From sequence record DRR723986_14703: a stretch of 54,418 bases of DNA; one strand, given 5' to 3'. Below are positions 1-10,207 of this stretch, piece by piece; within the stretch, counting starts at the first letter, position 1, and each line of letters opens with the position of its first letter. The position numbers and the translations under genes are program-made. Below the pieces are notes generated by a model. The model saw only the letters and a program-made list of their open reading frames with translations, did no database searches and was not told the origin of the DNA.

Positions 1-109
1 CGCGAAGACTCGCTAAGTACTTTTAGTTTCAATCTTAGAATTTACACTTTATTTTACTTCTTCAAAATCCTTTATGAAACTTTGCGAAAACTTGGCGCAG
101 CTTGGCGTT
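1..109. repeat. Imperfect inverted repeat of ~10-bp-period units (CGCGAAG/CGCTAAG ... CTTTGCG/CTTGGCG/CTTGGCG) downstream of the GxxExxY gene; truncated by window edge
   Basis: cgcgaagactcgctaag at 1-17 is near-complementary to cttggcgcagcttggcg at 91-107. Confidence 0.55.
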
Positions 110-120
110 ATAACCATTAA

Positions 121-498
121 TTACAGGTTATTGACATACCGTTTCAACCCCATCTTCAACATTTTCACATTAAAATTAAAGAGTAAACCTAGTTTAAATT
201 CACCCAATTTAAGATAAGTCAACACTTGCGCTTCATGGACATCATTAAGTTGTTCCACCGTCTTTAATTCAATTACAACCTTGTTTTCAACGAGTAAATC
301 AATTCGATAACCATGGTCTAATTTTATCTCTTTATATACAATAGGTAAAGCAACTTCCTTTTGAACTGACAGCCCTGAATTGACCAACTCATAGTACAAA
401 CACTCTTGATATGCTGACTCCAGCAATCCTGGCCCTAAAACCTTGTGAACCTCAATCGCCTTTCCAATTATGATATTTGATAATTCATCCTCAGACAT
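121..498 (-). CDS. GxxExxY protein (PD-(D/E)XK nuclease superfamily)
   Basis: LGPGLLESAY (GxxExxY) motif, RIDLLVENKVVIELK PD-(D/E)XK core, HEAQVLTYL. Confidence 0.93.
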   Translation of the reverse strand: MSEDELSNIIIGKAIEVHKVLGPGLLESAYQECLYYELVNSGLSVQKEVALPIVYKEIKLDHGYRIDLLVENKVVIELKTVEQLNDVHEAQVLTYLKLGEFKLGLLFNFNVKMLKMGLKRYVNNL

Positions 499-511
499 CT
501 CAACATACCCC

Positions 512-1795
512 CTAATCTACAATTAAGATATAATTGTTCTTTTTACCTTTTCCTAAAAGGACAATTGAATCATTGATGAGATCTTCAGAAGTGATTATGT
601 AATCCTCTTTCACCTTTGCCTTATTCACAGAAATGGCATTCCCTTTTATCTCTCTGCGTGCCTCTCCATTAGAGGATAAAAATCCAGTTTTTGCTGAAAG
701 TGCATCAATAATTCCTAAACCAGTTTCAATTTCAGCTTTAGTTATTTTTGCTTGCGGAACACCAGCAAAACCGTCTAAAATTTCCTGATGTGTCAGTTTT
801 TTTAGATCATCAATGGTAGATTTTTTGTTGAACAAGATTTCGGTTGTTCTTAGAGCTGAATCAAGGGCCTCTTCACTGTGAACCATTTTAGTAATTTCAG
901 CCGCTAATCTTTTTTGAAGCACTCTCAAATGGGGAGCCTCTGCGTGTTCAGCTTCTAAATTCTCAATAGTATCTTTATCTAAGAATGTAAAGGTTCTAAT
1001 GTATTTTCCAGCATCACTATCTGATGCATTAAACCAGAACTGATAAAATTCAAAAGGTGATGTTCTTTTAGGATCTAACCAAATTGTTCCCGATTCAGTT
1101 TTTCCAAATTTCCCTCCATCTGCCTTGGTCATTAAAGGGCAAGTAAATGCAAAACCTTCTCCTCCAGTTTTTCTTCTAATCAATTCGGTTCCTGTTGTAA
1201 TATTACCCCATTGGTCTGACCCTCCCATTTGCAGCTTACAACCCATTTCGTTGTATAAGTGCAAGAAATCATTTCCTTGTAAAAGTTGGTATGAAAATTC
1301 AGTAAAGGAGATACCAGTTTCGATTCTCTTTTTAACAGAATCTTTAGCGGCCATGTAGTTTACAGTAAGATGTTTACCAACATCTCTTATGAATTCAATG
1401 AATGAAAAGTCTTTCATCCAATCGTAATTATTGGTCATTACTGCAGAATTATCACCACAGTCAAAATCAAGGAAACGTTCTAATTGAGCCCTAACACCGG
1501 CAACGTTCTTGCTCAATGTTTCTTCATCTAGTAAATTTCTTTCATCAGATTTCCCTGACGGATCTCCTACCATTCCAGTAGCACCTCCAACTAAAGCAAT
1601 TGGTCTATGCCCCGCTCTTTGCAAATGCATTAATAGTAGAATTGGAATCATGCTTCCCACATGTAAAGAATCAGCTGTTGGATCAAACCCAACGTAACCG
1701 GTCACCATCTCTTTTTCAAGTAACTCTTCTGTTCCAGGCATAATGTCTTGCAACATTCCTCTCCATCTTAATTCTTCAACAAAATTCTTTGGCAT
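512..1795 (-). CDS. tyrS: Tyrosine--tRNA ligase
   Basis: [32 protein letters not shown]-terminal S4-like domain. Confidence 0.98.
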   Translation of the reverse strand: MPKNFVEELRWRGMLQDIMPGTEELLEKEMVTGYVGFDPTADSLHVGSMIPILLLMHLQRAGHRPIALVGGATGMVGDPSGKSDERNLLDEETLSKNVAGVRAQLERFLDFDCGDNSAVMTNNYDWMKDFSFIEFIRDVGKHLTVNYMAAKDSVKKRIETGISFTEFSYQLLQGNDFLHLYNEMGCKLQMGGSDQWGNITTGTELIRRKTGGEGFAFTCPLMTKADGGKFGKTESGTIWLDPKRTSPFEFYQFWFNASDSDAGKYIRTFTFLDKDTIENLEAEHAEAPHLRVLQKRLAAEITKMVHSEEALDSALRTTEILFNKKSTIDDLKKLTHQEILDGFAGVPQAKITKAEIETGLGIIDALSAKTGFLSSNGEARREIKGNAISVNKAKVKEDYIITSEDLINDSIVLLGKGKKNNYILIVD

Positions 1796-1985
1796 GATCT
1801 ATAATTTTAAAGCGGTAAAGATAGAGATTAGACTTTAGACCGCTTCGCTGATAGATAAAAGATTTTAGCTCCTAACTTTTAGTTAAGTCCTTATCCACAT
1901 TAGCACTATGGCCTTTTATCTAACAGTCTCTTCTTGTTTTAACTAGGAAGAGAGCATTATTAACTATTTCCGAAGTGATCTAAAA

Positions 1986-3320
1986 TTATAATAATTCATT
2001 CGCCAAGTTGGCCAACTCAGATCGCTCGCCTTTTTCTAATCTCACTGAAGCAAATAATGGATGCCCTTTCAATCGATCAATTAAATAAGTCAAGCCATTT
2101 GATTCTTCATCCATGTAGGGCGTATCAATTTGATTAATATCACCGGTAAAAACAACCTTTGTACCTTCACCTGCTCGGGTGATAATAGTTTTAACCTCAT
2201 GTGGCGAAAGGTTTTGCGCCTCATCAACAATGAACATAACATTCGACAATGACCTACCCCTAATAAATGCCAGTGCTGTAATTGAAAGCTCCCCATTCTC
2301 TTCCATCTCATCTAATATCTTCACTTTCTTTTCAGTTGATTTAAACTGACTTTTTATGAATTTCAAATTATCCCATAGCGGCTGCATGTAAGGATTGATT
2401 TTTTCATTGGCATCACCTGGTAAAAACCCAATATCTCTATTACTCAACGGAATAATTGGTCGCGCTAAAATAATTTGATTGTATTTCGTTTTTTGTTCAA
2501 GGGCTGATGCCAGTGCTAAAAGGGTTTTACCGGTTCCTGCAACTCCTTGCAAAGCCACTAACTTGATATCATCATTCAATAAGGCATTCACTGCAAAGGC
2601 TTGTTCAGCGTTTTTTGGCTTTATGCTGTAGATGTATTCTTTTTCAACTCGCTCGATATAGTTATCCTTTTGATCATATCTAGCAAGCACAGAATCTTTC
2701 CCGTTATTTAGGATATAATAGCCATTAGCCACCTTTTTTTCACCTAAAATTCCGTTCTCATCTATCCGACCTTTTTTATATAATTCAGTAATTGTTGAAC
2801 CGTCAGTGATGTCGATAACAGGGAAGCCATTATCCATTTTCTCTACATCCTTAACCTTCCCCGTGAGGTAATCTTCTGAAATTAAACCTATGGCTTTCGC
2901 TTTCAACCTGAGGTTGATGTCTTTGGTAACCATGATGACCTGATGATCTTTCATGGTATCTGCTAAAGTAATTGCTGCATTGATTATTTTATGGTCATTT
3001 TTACCACGTCCGTAAACTGCTTCAGCATCTCGTCCATTCACTAAATTGGACATTACTATTTTAATCTTACCCTTGTTTTTACCAAGGCTAATCCAATCAT
3101 CCATTTTTCCAGCTCCAGAAAGTTTATCGAGTAATCGAATCACTTCTCTAGCTTGGAAATTCTTTGTGTCGTTTCCTACTTTAAAGTTGTCAAGTTCTTC
3201 TAAAACAGTGATGGGTATGGCCACATCATTGTCTTTGAAATTATTAATTGAGTCGTGATCAAACAACAAAACTGAAGTATCAAGCACGAAAATTTTTTTC
3301 TTAGCAGATTTTTTTGCCAT
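1986..3320 (-). CDS. PhoH family protein with N-terminal PIN domain (YlaK/PhoH2-type)
   Basis: FVLDTSVL...ELD PIN motifs; GVAGTGKT Walker A, RGRSL, DEAQN, GDINQID. Confidence 0.93.
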   Translation of the reverse strand: MAKKSAKKKIFVLDTSVLLFDHDSINNFKDNDVAIPITVLEELDNFKVGNDTKNFQAREVIRLLDKLSGAGKMDDWISLGKNKGKIKIVMSNLVNGRDAEAVYGRGKNDHKIINAAITLADTMKDHQVIMVTKDINLRLKAKAIGLISEDYLTGKVKDVEKMDNGFPVIDITDGSTITELYKKGRIDENGILGEKKVANGYYILNNGKDSVLARYDQKDNYIERVEKEYIYSIKPKNAEQAFAVNALLNDDIKLVALQGVAGTGKTLLALASALEQKTKYNQIILARPIIPLSNRDIGFLPGDANEKINPYMQPLWDNLKFIKSQFKSTEKKVKILDEMEENGELSITALAFIRGRSLSNVMFIVDEAQNLSPHEVKTIITRAGEGTKVVFTGDINQIDTPYMDEESNGLTYLIDRLKGHPLFASVRLEKGERSELANLANELL

Positions 3321-3463
3321 AAATAAGTGTAAGAGCGTTTGTACTTTTAAGTTAGTAAGCTTAAGCCCACAATCGAATTTTATTTCTCGTAGTTATTAAC
3401 AAAGAAATCTAAAGAAATGTTGATTCACCCAGAATTAGTTGAATTTGACAGCTTAAAGGAAAA

Positions 3464-4342
3464 TTAATTTCGGCGGTCAAGACCCCACATCATTTTATTT
3501 CTGATGGTATTTAAAAAGTTTTGTCCTTCAGTTTGAATCACATTGATTTCAAAATCGGCCTTTTTGACGGTCAATTCTATAGCAGAATCAATAGTTACCG
3601 ATCTTGAATCTAGTGAACATAGAAAGTCACGTCCTCTACCCTCAATCTTTAATCGAATTTCTCTAGAGTCGGGAACAACCACTGGTCGTACATTTAAATT
3701 GTGTGGAGCAATTGGCGTAATTACATAGTCCAATGCGCCGGGCACAATTATCGGTCCACCACAACTAAGCGAATAAGCGGTTGATCCTGTTGGAGTTGAA
3801 ATAATCAACCCATCCGCCCAATACGAGTTTAAATACAAATCTCCAATATAAGTATGAATGGTAATCATTGAAGAAGTTTCTTTCTTATGAACAGTGAGTT
3901 CGTTTAAGGCAAAGTTGTCTTCCCCAAAAAGTCCTTCATCTGTAACCAACTTTAATAATGATCTGGTTTGAAGACGGTATTTATTGTCTTTGATATCTTG
4001 TAAGGCCGCTTTAATGTTGTCTTTAGAGGTGGAAGCCAAAAACCCCAGTCTACCGGTATTAATTCCCAAAATAGGAATACCTGTATCTCTTATAATTGTA
4101 GCTGTTTCTAGAAAAGTACCATCACCTCCAACACTTAACATGATGTCTACATTTCCTTTGACATCCTCATATTTATTGAACACTGTGGGTTCTATGGACA
4201 TACTGATTCGCGGCTGCAAAAAAGCCATGAAAGGCTCATAAACTGAAACCTCCCACCCAAAAAACTTTAAAGTATTAAATAATACTTGAATATTGGGGAT
4301 AAACGAGTCATCAAACGAACGGCCATAGATTCCAACTTTCAT
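3464..4342 (-). CDS. nadK: NAD kinase
   Basis: GGDGT, GINTGRLGFL, ALNE, DGLIISTPTGSTAYSLSCGGP. Confidence 0.96.
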   Translation of the reverse strand: MKVGIYGRSFDDSFIPNIQVLFNTLKFFGWEVSVYEPFMAFLQPRISMSIEPTVFNKYEDVKGNVDIMLSVGGDGTFLETATIIRDTGIPILGINTGRLGFLASTSKDNIKAALQDIKDNKYRLQTRSLLKLVTDEGLFGEDNFALNELTVHKKETSSMITIHTYIGDLYLNSYWADGLIISTPTGSTAYSLSCGGPIIVPGALDYVITPIAPHNLNVRPVVVPDSREIRLKIEGRGRDFLCSLDSRSVTIDSAIELTVKKADFEINVIQTEGQNFLNTIRNKMMWGLDRRN

Positions 4343-4344
4343 AA

Positions 4345-5007
4345 TTACATGTTCAGAAAGTTCATCAACTCATCATAACGTTTCTTAAGGTCATCTTGAA
4401 ATCTGCCTTTTTGGAACGTTGCTTTGATATGATAATCGTATCTATTAAAAGTTTGAATAATTCTATCAATATTATCTGCATTAATTTTGAGTGTCACCTC
4501 AATTTCAGTTGTTTCTGGTTTTGAAGTTATAAATGAACTCAATACTTTGGCATTGTTTTCCTCAACAATTCTTGCTATCTCCGTTAGGGAATAATCGTGT
4601 GTATTCATTTGAAGTACGACAATTGATCCCGGCTCTTTAATTGAATTAACAGCGGTAATTTGCGACATCAAATACAACAAATCTGTACATCCTAAATATT
4701 CATTCTCCTCATTCAATATGGGCACCACCGTTATTTTTTGATCAGCTATCACTTTCATTACTTCATAAACGTGACGATCATTATATATAAATGGTTTTGG
4801 CAAATTTGGAAAGCAAGCTGAAATTCGTTGAGTAGGATCTGGCATATCATAAACATCATTTTCAGATATGAGTCCAATATATTCTGAACCATTTACCACC
4901 GGCAAATGACTCACTCTCAACTCATTCATCCAATCCATTGCGCGCTCACCAGACTCATTGAATTTAAGTGGAGGGATTATTTCAGATATTAATTCTTCTG
5001 CTCTCAT
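4345..5007 (-). CDS. CBS-domain protein with C-terminal ACT-like domain
   Basis: Two CBS repeats (HLPVV, VVPIL); DYSLTEIARIVE region; adjacent to NAD kinase. Confidence 0.85.
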   Translation of the reverse strand: MRAEELISEIIPPLKFNESGERAMDWMNELRVSHLPVVNGSEYIGLISENDVYDMPDPTQRISACFPNLPKPFIYNDRHVYEVMKVIADQKITVVPILNEENEYLGCTDLLYLMSQITAVNSIKEPGSIVVLQMNTHDYSLTEIARIVEENNAKVLSSFITSKPETTEIEVTLKINADNIDRIIQTFNRYDYHIKATFQKGRFQDDLKKRYDELMNFLNM

Positions 5008-5075
5008 ATATAGTTTAGACGCAAGTATTCAATAATTATAACAACTAATGTAACCAATAATTGTTCTAACAATGA

Positions 5076-5083
5076 TAAATTTG
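5076..5083 (+). promoter_or_regulatory. Bacteroidota -7 promoter box for pdxJ
   Basis: TAAATTTG matches TAnnTTTG, 25 nt before the ATG. Confidence 0.5.
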
Positions 5084-5108
5084 AAGCAAAATTGTCAAAT
5101 ATTAAAGC

Positions 5109-5831
5109 ATGACGGCTAAACTTAGTGTTAACATCAATAAAATTGCAACTTTAAGAAACGCGAGGGGTGGAAATTACCCAAGTGTGGTTGAAGCGGCAAA
5201 AAATTGCGAAAAATTCGGTGCGGATGGCATCACTGTGCACCCTAGACCAGATGAAAGACATATCACCAAACAAGATGTTTATGATTTATCAAAAGTGGTG
5301 AAAACTGAATTTAATATTGAAGGTAATCCGAATGAGAGGTTTATGAAAATGATTGAAGAAGTGAGACCCGCTCAAGCAACATTGGTTCCGGACGGTGAAA
5401 ACGTATTGACTTCAAACGCAGGCTGGGATACAATTGCTAATAAAGATTTACTTACTGATAAAATCGCCGAACTCAAGTCTTATGGCGTTAGGACTTCATT
5501 GTTTATTGAAACTGAACCAAAAATGATTGAACATGCCGCCCTGGTTGGAGCAGATAGAATTGAGTTTTACACGGGACCTTATGCAGATAATTATGCTTCA
5601 GATAAAGCTGCAGCTATTAAAGAATATGTCGCATGTGCTCATGTGGCTTTGGACAATAATCTGGCGATAAATGCAGGGCATGATTTAAGTCTTGAAAACT
5701 TAGCCTATTTCGCTCAAAACATTCCTAACCTAGCAGAAGTTTCCATTGGTCATGCTTTAATTTCTGATGCCCTATATTTAGGATTAGAGAATACCATTAA
5801 TATGTATAAAAAATTGTTGGTTGTATCATGA
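5109..5831 (+). CDS. pdxJ: Pyridoxine 5'-phosphate synthase
   Basis: [43 protein letters not shown]. Confidence 0.97.
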   Translation: MTAKLSVNINKIATLRNARGGNYPSVVEAAKNCEKFGADGITVHPRPDERHITKQDVYDLSKVVKTEFNIEGNPNERFMKMIEEVRPAQATLVPDGENVLTSNAGWDTIANKDLLTDKIAELKSYGVRTSLFIETEPKMIEHAALVGADRIEFYTGPYADNYASDKAAAIKEYVACAHVALDNNLAINAGHDLSLENLAYFAQNIPNLAEVSIGHALISDALYLGLENTINMYKKLLVVS

Positions 5832-6589
5832 AACTACACTACAGAACTTTAGGAGAAGGAGAACCCTTGTTTATTTTGCACGGTCTGTTTGGATCATCAG
5901 ATAACTGGCAGACGCTAGGGAAGAAATTTGCTGAGAAATACAAAGTTTATTTTGTAGATCAACGAAATCATGGTCGATCTCCTTGGTCAGATGACTTCAA
6001 TTATGACTTAATGGTAGCTGATTTTCATGAGCTGGTAACTGATCTAGGGGAAACTAATATTAACATTATTGGTCATTCAATGGGCGGTAAAACGGCTATA
6101 GGATTCGCCGCCAAATATCCTGAATTAATTAACAAAATGGTAGTAGCAGATATCAGTCACAAAGCCTACCCTATGCATCACGAGCAAATTATTGATGGTT
6201 TGAAATCATTAGACCTGTCACAAATTAAATCACGCGGGCAAGCTGATAAAGAATTAGCCAAATACATTCAGGAAATTGGTGTAAGACAATTTTTACTGAA
6301 AAACTTGTATTGGGTGGAGAAGGGGCAATTAGGTTGGCGAATAAACATTCCCGTATTAAGTGATCGCATTTATGATATCATTGCGGAGATTACGTTCGAT
6401 AAAATCAATACAAACACCCTATTTATTCGAGGCGGAAAAAGCAATTACATTTTAGAATCTGATTATCCAGAAATTGGTCAAAAATTCCCGAATAGCACAA
6501 TTGAATCAATAGAAGAATCAGGACATTGGGTACACGCAGAAGCGCCTTATCGATTTTTTGAATTCATTGACAATTTTATTTCTAATTGA
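5828..6589 (+). CDS. Alpha/beta hydrolase (YbfF/ABHD11-like esterase)
   Basis: [25 protein letters not shown] nucleophile elbow, [11 protein letters not shown] overlap with pdxJ. Confidence 0.92.
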   Translation: MKLHYRTLGEGEPLFILHGLFGSSDNWQTLGKKFAEKYKVYFVDQRNHGRSPWSDDFNYDLMVADFHELVTDLGETNINIIGHSMGGKTAIGFAAKYPELINKMVVADISHKAYPMHHEQIIDGLKSLDLSQIKSRGQADKELAKYIQEIGVRQFLLKNLYWVEKGQLGWRINIPVLSDRIYDIIAEITFDKINTNTLFIRGGKSNYILESDYPEIGQKFPNSTIESIEESGHWVHAEAPYRFFEFIDNFISN

Positions 6590-6759
6590 TTATCAAGGAA
6601 CTATAATTAATTAACAATTTGTTCTTATTCACTTATCGAAAAACGCCAACCAGTATTCGTATTTTCACGTATATTTACACAAGTAATCAACCTACTTTGA
6701 AAAAGCTACGAAAGAAAAACTCTAAAATCCTTTCATTTTTCGAAAAGAATTAAGGCATT

Positions 6760-6891
6760 ATGACAAAAGTCGTGACATACCTTTTTGACAACATGTTTCA
6801 AGGAACAAGAAAAGTTTCATTGAGAGAAAAAATGATTGTTGTCGGTATCATGGTGGTTCTGATTACCTCTACACTATACTTCATATTCTAA
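6760..6891 (+). CDS. Putative 43-aa single-pass membrane protein (below ORF-track cutoff)
   Basis: Hand translation MTKVVTYLFDNMFQGTRKVSLREKMIVVGIMVVLITSTLYFIF; basic segment then C-terminal TM helix. Confidence 0.5.
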   Translation: MTKVVTYLFDNMFQGTRKVSLREKMIVVGIMVVLITSTLYFIF

Positions 6892-6935
6892 GGAGTTTCG
6901 TATATTTATTTCTTAAAATTTAAAACTTCTATCTG

Positions 6936-7532
6936 ATGCTAATTTCATTTACAATGGGCGTTGTTTTAGCTGTTCTTGCTGGTGCTGCAGCCTTTGCTTT
7001 AATTTTCTTTGGTTTAAAATCAATTAAAGCTGGCCAAAAGGCTGGCGTCATTACAGGTTCAATAGTCGGCATTATTGCCGGTGCTTTTGTAATGATGATG
7101 GCTGGAAGAGCAGTTGTTGTGACAGGCGAAAATGAAGCGGGCACTTACCTTGTTTATGGCTCACCAACCTATGAATTCTCCAATGGTTTTAAATTAAAAT
7201 TAACCATGGAGTCGTTGGATGCATACGTTATTAATGATTCAGATCAGGAATTGGTTCTAGAAAAAATCATTTATACCTCATCTTACAGTGTTGAAGATTA
7301 TTATGACGTGCTAATTGAGCCCATGAGCATTACCAAAATGCCCGGTACATCAGTTCATTACTTTTTTAATGATACACCTCCAGATGAAATTGAAACACAA
7401 CAAAGTTCGGGAGACGTTACAAAATATTGGTTGAGGTCAAGAGACTCTTATGAGAACGATTACGGTGCCATGCTTTATGACATAGATTACAAAAGCATAC
7501 CGGCTGTACCTCACAACACGGTTTCTGAGTAG
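6936..7532 (+). CDS. Hypothetical membrane protein (2 N-terminal TM helices, acidic soluble domain)
   Basis: ORF fills the gap; hydrophobicity pattern. Confidence 0.7.
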   Translation: MLISFTMGVVLAVLAGAAAFALIFFGLKSIKAGQKAGVITGSIVGIIAGAFVMMMAGRAVVVTGENEAGTYLVYGSPTYEFSNGFKLKLTMESLDAYVINDSDQELVLEKIIYTSSYSVEDYYDVLIEPMSITKMPGTSVHYFFNDTPPDEIETQQSSGDVTKYWLRSRDSYENDYGAMLYDIDYKSIPAVPHNTVSE

Positions 7533-7535
7533 AAT

Positions 7536-8297
7536 TTAGTAGATAAAAGGAAAAATTCTTTTTCTGTTTTTTGGATATTCATCAAACTTCTCGATATACC
7601 AATCGTGATGATTTTTTGCCCTTGGAACAAGATTCGCGAATGTCCACACCAAAAATGTTAACGCGGGTAAATTCCAAGCCATAATGGCAAAACCCGTCCA
7701 TTCTAAAACTTCACCAAATAAATTTGGGGATGAAACATAATTGAACAAAAAACCCTTTGGGATTTTATAGCCCGTCTCTCCTGGTTTTCTAATATTGATA
7801 AGCAGATGATCAGATCTCCAATTGATAAACAAGCCAATGAAGAAAACTAACAAGCCGATCATGGTTGTTGGAGAATACAACCAATTAAGATCATAACTGC
7901 CTGCAGATAATTCAGCCAAAAAATAACCGTTCAATCCAGCATTCATTAAATTGAAAAAGATGGCGTTAACAACAATAAATACCGGCATTTTTTTGCCTTT
8001 CGAACGTATGCGAAATGGGTAAATTAGGGTCCTGTTGGTATAATGCAACAACCATAATCCGAATGGAATAAATGCGAAAGACGTCAAGGAATAGCTTCCA
8101 TAAATCAGAAAAAATAACATGATCAAGAGCGAAGGGCTCTCCATGATAATCCAACCCCATTTGTTATCCATTAAGGGCCCCCATCTATCATTTGTATGAC
8201 GACCAAAGGGAGCAGTATAAAAAAACATTACCACGTGAACAATTGCAGCTACTCCCAGCCAAACAAAACAAATGATATTAAAAATTTCTATGCTCAT
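7536..8297 (-). CDS. 3-oxo-5-alpha-steroid 4-dehydrogenase (steroid 5-alpha-reductase) family membrane protein
   Basis: APFGRH, GWIIMESPS, HYTNR, GYKIPKGFLFNYVSSPNLFGEVLEWTG, NLVPRAKNHHDWY. Confidence 0.92.
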   Translation of the reverse strand: MSIEIFNIICFVWLGVAAIVHVVMFFYTAPFGRHTNDRWGPLMDNKWGWIIMESPSLLIMLFFLIYGSYSLTSFAFIPFGLWLLHYTNRTLIYPFRIRSKGKKMPVFIVVNAIFFNLMNAGLNGYFLAELSAGSYDLNWLYSPTTMIGLLVFFIGLFINWRSDHLLINIRKPGETGYKIPKGFLFNYVSSPNLFGEVLEWTGFAIMAWNLPALTFLVWTFANLVPRAKNHHDWYIEKFDEYPKNRKRIFPFIY

Positions 8298-9274
8298 TTC
8301 TGCTCTTTTTTATCTACCCAGTTGTAGAAATCTTTTAAGGACTCTTCCACTTTTCTAGGCTTATGACCTAATACTTTCTGCGCCTTATCCTTAGACATAT
8401 TCGGATGTCCATATTTCAATGCAGAGATTGATTCGATTGTGAAAACTGGAGCAGCTTTGGTTAAAAAACCATAGCATTTCACAAAAGGCAATAACAGCTT
8501 CATGCACCAAAAAGGAATTACGCGTTGTGGCACTTTTACCTTAGTGAATTCGCCTATTTTTTTCGCCAATTCTTTGATGGATAAATAATTCCCTGTCAAT
8601 AAATAAATTTCTCTATTTCGTCCCTTCTCTATTGCTTCAATTATCCCATTGGCAACATCTCTGACATCCACAAAATCATAGCCTCCTGGAGGTAATAGCG
8701 GAACTTTACGATTTTTAAAATCTATCAATGCTTTTCCTAACTCACTCGGCTTAAAATCATAAGGCCCTAAAATTGAACTGGGCCGAACAATACAAGCTTC
8801 AATTGGGTTTTTGTCAATAAAATCCAAAACAAGTTGTTCTCCTTGAGCCTTAGAATAATCATAGGCAAAATTCGAAACCTTTTTATACGGCCTTGATTCA
8901 TCAAACACCAGATCTAAAGGTTCTTCTAAAACGGCATGTGTACTTGAAACATGAATAATTTTCTTCACCCCATTTTCAACAGCAGCCTCGAGCACATTTG
9001 TAACCCCCTGAGTATTTGTTTTAAATACGCGACCATCTTTATCGCCATGAATTGAGATTATTGCCGCCGTATGAACGACAACTTCACATCCAATAAAGGC
9101 TTGAATTAAATCTTCTTTCAATAAAACATTGGCCCTGATTGTGGCAAGATTCAACTCTTTAATCGAACGATCGTCAGAATTGTAAAGTGCAATAACTTCA
9201 TGACCATCTTCAAGTAACTTCCTGCAAATCACATTTCCCAGATGACCACTCGCTCCAGTAACCGCAATCTTCAT
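8294..9274 (-). CDS. NAD-dependent epimerase/dehydratase (extended SDR; dihydroflavonol reductase/3-beta-HSD-like)
   Basis: TGASGHLG Rossmann motif, HVSS, YDYSK (YxxxK), FVDVRDVA. Confidence 0.9.
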   Translation of the reverse strand: MKIAVTGASGHLGNVICRKLLEDGHEVIALYNSDDRSIKELNLATIRANVLLKEDLIQAFIGCEVVVHTAAIISIHGDKDGRVFKTNTQGVTNVLEAAVENGVKKIIHVSSTHAVLEEPLDLVFDESRPYKKVSNFAYDYSKAQGEQLVLDFIDKNPIEACIVRPSSILGPYDFKPSELGKALIDFKNRKVPLLPPGGYDFVDVRDVANGIIEAIEKGRNREIYLLTGNYLSIKELAKKIGEFTKVKVPQRVIPFWCMKLLLPFVKCYGFLTKAAPVFTIESISALKYGHPNMSKDKAQKVLGHKPRKVEESLKDFYNWVDKKEQK

Positions 9275-10207
9275 TTATTCATATCCAATATGAAACAAAG
9301 CATCTCCCTGACTGACTATTGGCTGATTATTATGTCCATAAATCATTCCGGTTTTTTTAGCCAAAACTTTGACAACAAAATGACCATAAGGTCCAGAAAT
9401 AGTGCCCAACAACTCTCCCTTCATCACGTAATCTCCAGATACTTTCAAGCACCTCAACATCCCAGATCTATTTGCTCGAATCCAACTGTTTGAATTTAAA
9501 ACAACTTGATGCACATCTTCATTCACTCCATCTATCATTCCTTTATCCACTAAAACTCGGCGAATACCTTTCACGCCTTCATCTATAGAAAACTCATCCA
9601 TTCTTAAGGATTCGCCTCCCTCAAATACCACCATGGGAATTCCCATTTTATGAGCTGTTTTCCTCAGAGATTTACTTATCAAACCTCCTTTTATGAGATG
9701 TGGCATTCCGAACACTTCTCCTAATTTTACGGCTTCCGGGTCATCAGAATAAACTCTTACTTGCGGGTAATTGTAAATACTCGCACCTCCAGTATGAAAA
9801 TCAATTGCAAAATCAACATGAGGTAAAATATGGTGTGTCAATGTGTGGGCTATTCGGCTAGCCAAAGATCCAGAAGTTCCACCGGGAAAGCTTCGATTCA
9901 CATCTTTGCCATCAGGCAAACCTCTTGAGAAATTAATAAATCCGTACACATTCAATAAAGGAATTGAGATAACAGAACCGATTTTCAAATCGCTGTACAA
10001 GCCTTCTAACTGAGCCCGTTTAACGATTTCAATTCCATTGATTTCATCTCCATGCAAGCCCCCAAGAACCAACATTGTTGGACCCGGATTCGCACTTCGA
10101 TACACATGTGCTACCAAATCAATTGGAGTGTTTGAAGGAAGCCGTGCAATCGGAATTTCAACTTTAGTTTTCTTATTCTTAGGAATGGTTTTATCAGCTA
10201 TTTTCAT
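9275..10207 (-). CDS. Succinylglutamate desuccinylase/aspartoacylase (M14-like) family protein
   Basis: GLHGDEING, DVNRSFPG, DFHTGG, FEGGE; ATG at 10207 preferred over the ORF-track start. Confidence 0.92.
   Translation of the reverse strand: MKIADKTIPKNKKTKVEIPIARLPSNTPIDLVAHVYRSANPGPTMLVLGGLHGDEINGIEIVKRAQLEGLYSDLKIGSVISIPLLNVYGFINFSRGLPDGKDVNRSFPGGTSGSLASRIAHTLTHHILPHVDFAIDFHTGGASIYNYPQVRVYSDDPEAVKLGEVFGMPHLIKGGLISKSLRKTAHKMGIPMVVFEGGESLRMDEFSIDEGVKGIRRVLVDKGMIDGVNEDVHQVVLNSNSWIRANRSGMLRCLKVSGDYVMKGELLGTISGPYGHFVVKVLAKKTGMIYGHNNQPIVSQGDALFHIGYE

Noticed and set aside
512..1795. TyrRS HVGS and KFGKT instead of HIGH and KMSKS
   Set aside because: Within normal variation of bacterial TyrRS signature motifs
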